From an uncultured Anaerolineaceae bacterium (GTDB lineage Bacteria; Chloroflexota; Anaerolineae; Anaerolineales; Anaerolineaceae), in contig CAZCHK010000003.1 in the NCBI GenBank assembly GCA_964498605.1, forward strand, positions 13,621 to 77,620: 64,000 nucleotides of DNA, given 5' to 3'. Numbering within the stretch: the first letter of the stretch is position 1; the number at the start of each line of letters is the position of its first letter. A program made the translations under genes and the position numbers. Below, piece by piece: positions 61,344 through 64,000 of this stretch. The notes under the pieces are model-generated. The model worked only from the letters and a program-made list of their open reading frames with translations. It did not search any database and was not told the DNA's origin.

Positions 61344-63806
61344 ATGGAAATCAAACCCAACAGCGTATATAAACAGCGCTACACGATCGTCCGCGCCATG
61401 GATGGCACACCCCCGGGCGGCTTGTATCTCGGTAGAGATATGTCGCTGGAACAGGCGGTGTTGATCAGGTTCAGGCAATCACCCGGAGGGGCTGGCGACC
61501 AGCAGTTCATGCAATCGGCTGCCAGGTTGATGGAGATCCAGCATCCCAATATCGCCCGCGTTGTGGACAGCTTCGTTGAAGCTGGTCTGCAGGGCCTGGT
61601 CATGGAGTACATCCCCGGCGACAACCTGGTCACATTTATCCAGCAGTACGGCGCGCTGACCATGCCAGAACTGGAACCCTGGGTGCAAAAACTCAGCCAC
61701 GCGTTAACCTATCTCCATTCCAGGAAACCTGCCATCGTGCACGGCGACATCCGCCCGTCGAACCTCATCCTCACCCCCGAATCGGACCTGATCCTGATCA
61801 ATTACGGCATGCCGGAGCTGGGCGGTGAGCCGCTCCCCGCGGACCAGGCGGCCTTCACATCTCCAGAACGCGAAGAGAAGGCCGACATGATGACCCCTTC
61901 CGCCGACCAGTACGCGCTGGCTGCCACGCTGTATTTCCTGCTGACCAAACAGTCACCCCCTTCGGCCTATCAACGCCAGGTGGAAGGCGCCGGCATCACC
62001 CCGCTGCACACGCTGAAAACACAGATCCCATCCTCGCTGCACCCGGTCATGGCAAAAGCCCTGGCGCTGCGCCCCCAGGACCGCCATTTAAGTATCAAGG
62101 ATTTTTCCCTGGCATTCCTCTCCACTGGCAAAGCTGCTGCCCCGCAACCTGTCCCTTATTCTCCCCCGGCACCTGTGCCGCAATCTGCTCAGCCTGTTCC
62201 GCTGGTGCCGCCTGGGATGAACGCGGTTCCCTCACCGCAGCAGGCCGTGTTTGTGCCACGCACCTCCTTGCAGCAGGGTACCCCCGCTGCGCCAAAAAAG
62301 CGCCTCCCTGCAGCCCTGATCATAGCCCTTGTCGTCATAGGCATCGGCGCACTTACAGGTGGGTTCTTTCTCGTGCGCAATCTGCTTCGGTCAGGCATGA
62401 GCGCTGCAACTGGCGATCCATCCACCTGGCCCACCGTGACACCCAAGTCGGCCACACCTACCGTTGAACTGCCAACACTGGCCCCTACCGAAGCTCCTGG
62501 TGCTACCTCCCCGAGCTTCCCCTCAGAGTCACTGATTGCCTACATCAGCAATAAAGGGGATGGGACTTCCGATCAGCTGTGGCTGATGCGCATCGGCGTG
62601 GACGAATACGGCGCGCCACGGGTTTTCGATAATGTGCAGTTGACCGAGGGTGGATGCAATAAATCGCAACCAGCATGGGATCCAACAGGCATGTATCTTG
62701 TTTTCGTGTGCGACACCGGGACTGAAGAACAAGGGAAAGATCTTTACGTTCTGGACTTTTCATCTGAAAACATGACCATCGAGCAGATCACCTCCATGCC
62801 GGGCGATGAAACAGAGCCTGTTTTTTCTCCGGATGCCACGTACCTGGCATGGGTGAACCTGGGATCAGTTTCTCCCGAACAATCGGTCATATTCTTTTCG
62901 GAGAACATGTCCGATGTGGAGGTCATCCAGCAGAATCTTGGTGAATACTCTCCCTCGTTCTCCGCAGATGGCATGCATATGGCCTATGTGGCGGATGAAG
63001 CCAATGGCAACTTCGTGATCAGGGTTGCCGATCGATCCGATTTATACCTGTCCTCCGAGTACTTTGACCCGCAGTTGCGTCAGAAATCAGCGGTGGAGGT
63101 CGAGTGGGCACCCGACGGAGAAAAGATTGCGTACACGCACTTTGATCCGGAGACCTATGCCATGTATATTCATTTAACAACCTGGACATCCCGCGGGGAT
63201 GACGACCAGCAGCTGACCGATTCGGGTGGCGATTGGGGCGCTTCTTTTTCACCAGATTCACAGTGGATCATCTTCACATCCGTGAGAGATGGCAACGAAG
63301 AACTCTACCTCATGTCCGCTGATGGAACAGGCGAGGAGATCAACCTGACCAACTCCCAGTGGATTGATAAAGATCCGGCCTGGTTTCCAGTACTTGCTGC
63401 TGACCGGTCAGGGCAAAACACGGAAAACTTTGAGCTGCCAACTTATCCCGTACGAATTGAAGGGACACCGACCATCTGCGGGGATGACAGCTTTAACGCT
63501 TCAACTCAGTTGTGCAGTTATGCAGACGACAGCTTTGTTGAGGGTGAAAATGTGATCATCATCTGGAACGTGCTTGATTTTACTCCTGGAACCGTGTTAA
63601 CCTTAGAACTGTACAGCGAGAACGGCGAGTACATCACTTCAGATACAATGACCGAGGATGGGGCTACCACTGGCTTTCGTTATAATGTCAATGAGACCCC
63701 GCTCACGGCCGGAAATTATTACCTTGAGGTTTACTACGATAGCACGTACTATGGTCGGTACTGGTTTTCAATCAGTCCATCCTCCGGGGGCGGGGGAGGA
63801 GAGTAA
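61344..63806 (+). CDS. Membrane Ser/Thr protein kinase homologue (probable pseudokinase) with extracytoplasmic PD40/TolB-like propeller and C-terminal beta module
   Basis: Kinase fold with HGDIRPSNLIL, INYG and TSPE. TM ALIIALVVIGIGALTGGFFLV. Repeats FSPDATYLAW, FSADGMHMAY, WAPDGEKIAY and FSPDSQWIIF. SD GGAGGAG. TGGTATAGT box at 61281-61289. Confidence 0.8.
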   Translation: MEIKPNSVYKQRYTIVRAMDGTPPGGLYLGRDMSLEQAVLIRFRQSPGGAGDQQFMQSAARLMEIQHPNIARVVDSFVEAGLQGLVMEYIPGDNLVTFIQQYGALTMPELEPWVQKLSHALTYLHSRKPAIVHGDIRPSNLILTPESDLILINYGMPELGGEPLPADQAAFTSPEREEKADMMTPSADQYALAATLYFLLTKQSPPSAYQRQVEGAGITPLHTLKTQIPSSLHPVMAKALALRPQDRHLSIKDFSLAFLSTGKAAAPQPVPYSPPAPVPQSAQPVPLVPPGMNAVPSPQQAVFVPRTSLQQGTPAAPKKRLPAALIIALVVIGIGALTGGFFLVRNLLRSGMSAATGDPSTWPTVTPKSATPTVELPTLAPTEAPGATSPSFPSESLIAYISNKGDGTSDQLWLMRIGVDEYGAPRVFDNVQLTEGGCNKSQPAWDPTGMYLVFVCDTGTEEQGKDLYVLDFSSENMTIEQITSMPGDETEPVFSPDATYLAWVNLGSVSPEQSVIFFSENMSDVEVIQQNLGEYSPSFSADGMHMAYVADEANGNFVIRVADRSDLYLSSEYFDPQLRQKSAVEVEWAPDGEKIAYTHFDPETYAMYIHLTTWTSRGDDDQQLTDSGGDWGASFSPDSQWIIFTSVRDGNEELYLMSADGTGEEINLTNSQWIDKDPAWFPVLAADRSGQNTENFELPTYPVRIEGTPTICGDDSFNASTQLCSYADDSFVEGENVIIIWNVLDFTPGTVLTLELYSENGEYITSDTMTEDGATTGFRYNVNETPLTAGNYYLEVYYDSTYYGRYWFSISPSSGGGGGE

Positions 63807-63810
63807 AAAT

Positions 63811-63849
63811 AAAGAGACTGGCAATGGGCATTGCCAGTCTCTTTATTTT
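63811..63849 (+). terminator. Rho-independent terminator
   Basis: AAAGAGACTGGCAATG / CATTGCCAGTCTCTTT, a near-perfect 16-bp inverted repeat, followed by ATTTT. Begins 5 nt after the kinase stop. The A-run upstream would also serve a convergent transcript. Confidence 0.7.
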
Positions 63850-63860
63850 CCTTGGGAAAT

Positions 63861-64000
63861 TTATGTCCCGCTATCGCTGGGGCGTGATTCACTGCCTGGC
63901 ATGTCCGCGCGAGGATTGATGGGCGCTTTTCTCGGCGTCGGTTTGCCGGCATTGGGGTTGAGCAGGAACATCAGTTGGCGCATGGCGGTCGTGTCATAGC
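63861..64000 (-). CDS. Possible 3' end of a minus-strand gene running off the window
   Basis: Open minus-strand frame from the window edge (…YDTTAMRQLMFLLNPNAGKPTPRKAPINPRADMPGSESRPSDSGT) to a TAA at 63863-63861. Too short to identify. Confidence 0.2.
   Translation of the reverse strand, partial: YDTTAMRQLMFLLNPNAGKPTPRKAPINPRADMPGSESRPSDSGT

Noticed and set aside
63789-63806. Gly run (SSGGGGGE) at the extreme C-terminus of the kinase homologue, considered as a possible sorting or processing signal.
   Set aside because: It is too short and has no following hydrophobic or charged sorting motif. It is most likely just a flexible tail encoded by a G-rich stretch.
63658-63999. ORFs 63658-63999 (+) and 63749-63952 (-), both containing KETGN(G/A)HCQSLYF.
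   Set aside because: The shared peptide is an artefact of translating the two arms of the terminator palindrome (63811-63844). Neither ORF has a start context or a motif.
1-64000. Looked for CRISPR arrays, rRNA genes, integrases, phage structural genes, known defence-system signatures (for example large ATPase/nuclease pairs) and long (>30 nt) interspersed repeats.
   Set aside because: None was seen by eye. The only nuclease-like folds are the secreted two-HKD PLD lipoprotein (signal peptide, no partner genes) and the decayed PIN toxin. A computational repeat or HMM scan would be needed to exclude short or diverged elements.

Overview
High-GC bacterial chromosomal segment. Gene content (a bacterial Elp3, very large lipoprotein-type family-5 substrate-binding proteins, DUF348/G5/3D protein, FHA/PP2C/kinase envelope signalling) suggests Chloroflexota (Anaerolineae-like), but that assignment is inference only. 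I call about 62 protein-coding genes and one tRNA-Gln(UUG). I saw no rRNA, CRISPR array or intact mobile element. Most of the window is housekeeping: dnaE 3' end, rsmA, gatCA, pepF, plsY, rpoD, recO, cdd, glmU, rsgA, a PBP, maf, and a five-gene Opp/Dpp-like ABC operon with two giant binding proteins. One visibly AT-richer islet (about 9.86-11.99 kb) holds a transposase remnant, an AbrB/PIN toxin-antitoxin pair whose toxin carries an in-frame amber codon, and orphan ORFs. The points most worth follow-up are: (1) a divergent Elp3 / Trm9-like methyltransferase pair, with an adjacent nitroreductase, separated by a 22-bp leaderless-type control region, suggesting a eukaryote/archaea-style xm5U34 tRNA pathway; (2) a membrane Ser/Thr-kinase homologue with four catalytic-site substitutions, alongside an FHA protein with degenerate pThr-binding residues and an intact PP2C; (3) a receiver-Roadblock/LC7 fusion and a translationally coupled small membrane protein at the end of the ABC operon; (4) a recurrent promoter grammar of TGnTAnnnT extended -10 boxes, with -10 hexamers exactly 6 nt before ATG at several genes. 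All homology statements come from reading the translations by eye. No database search was run.
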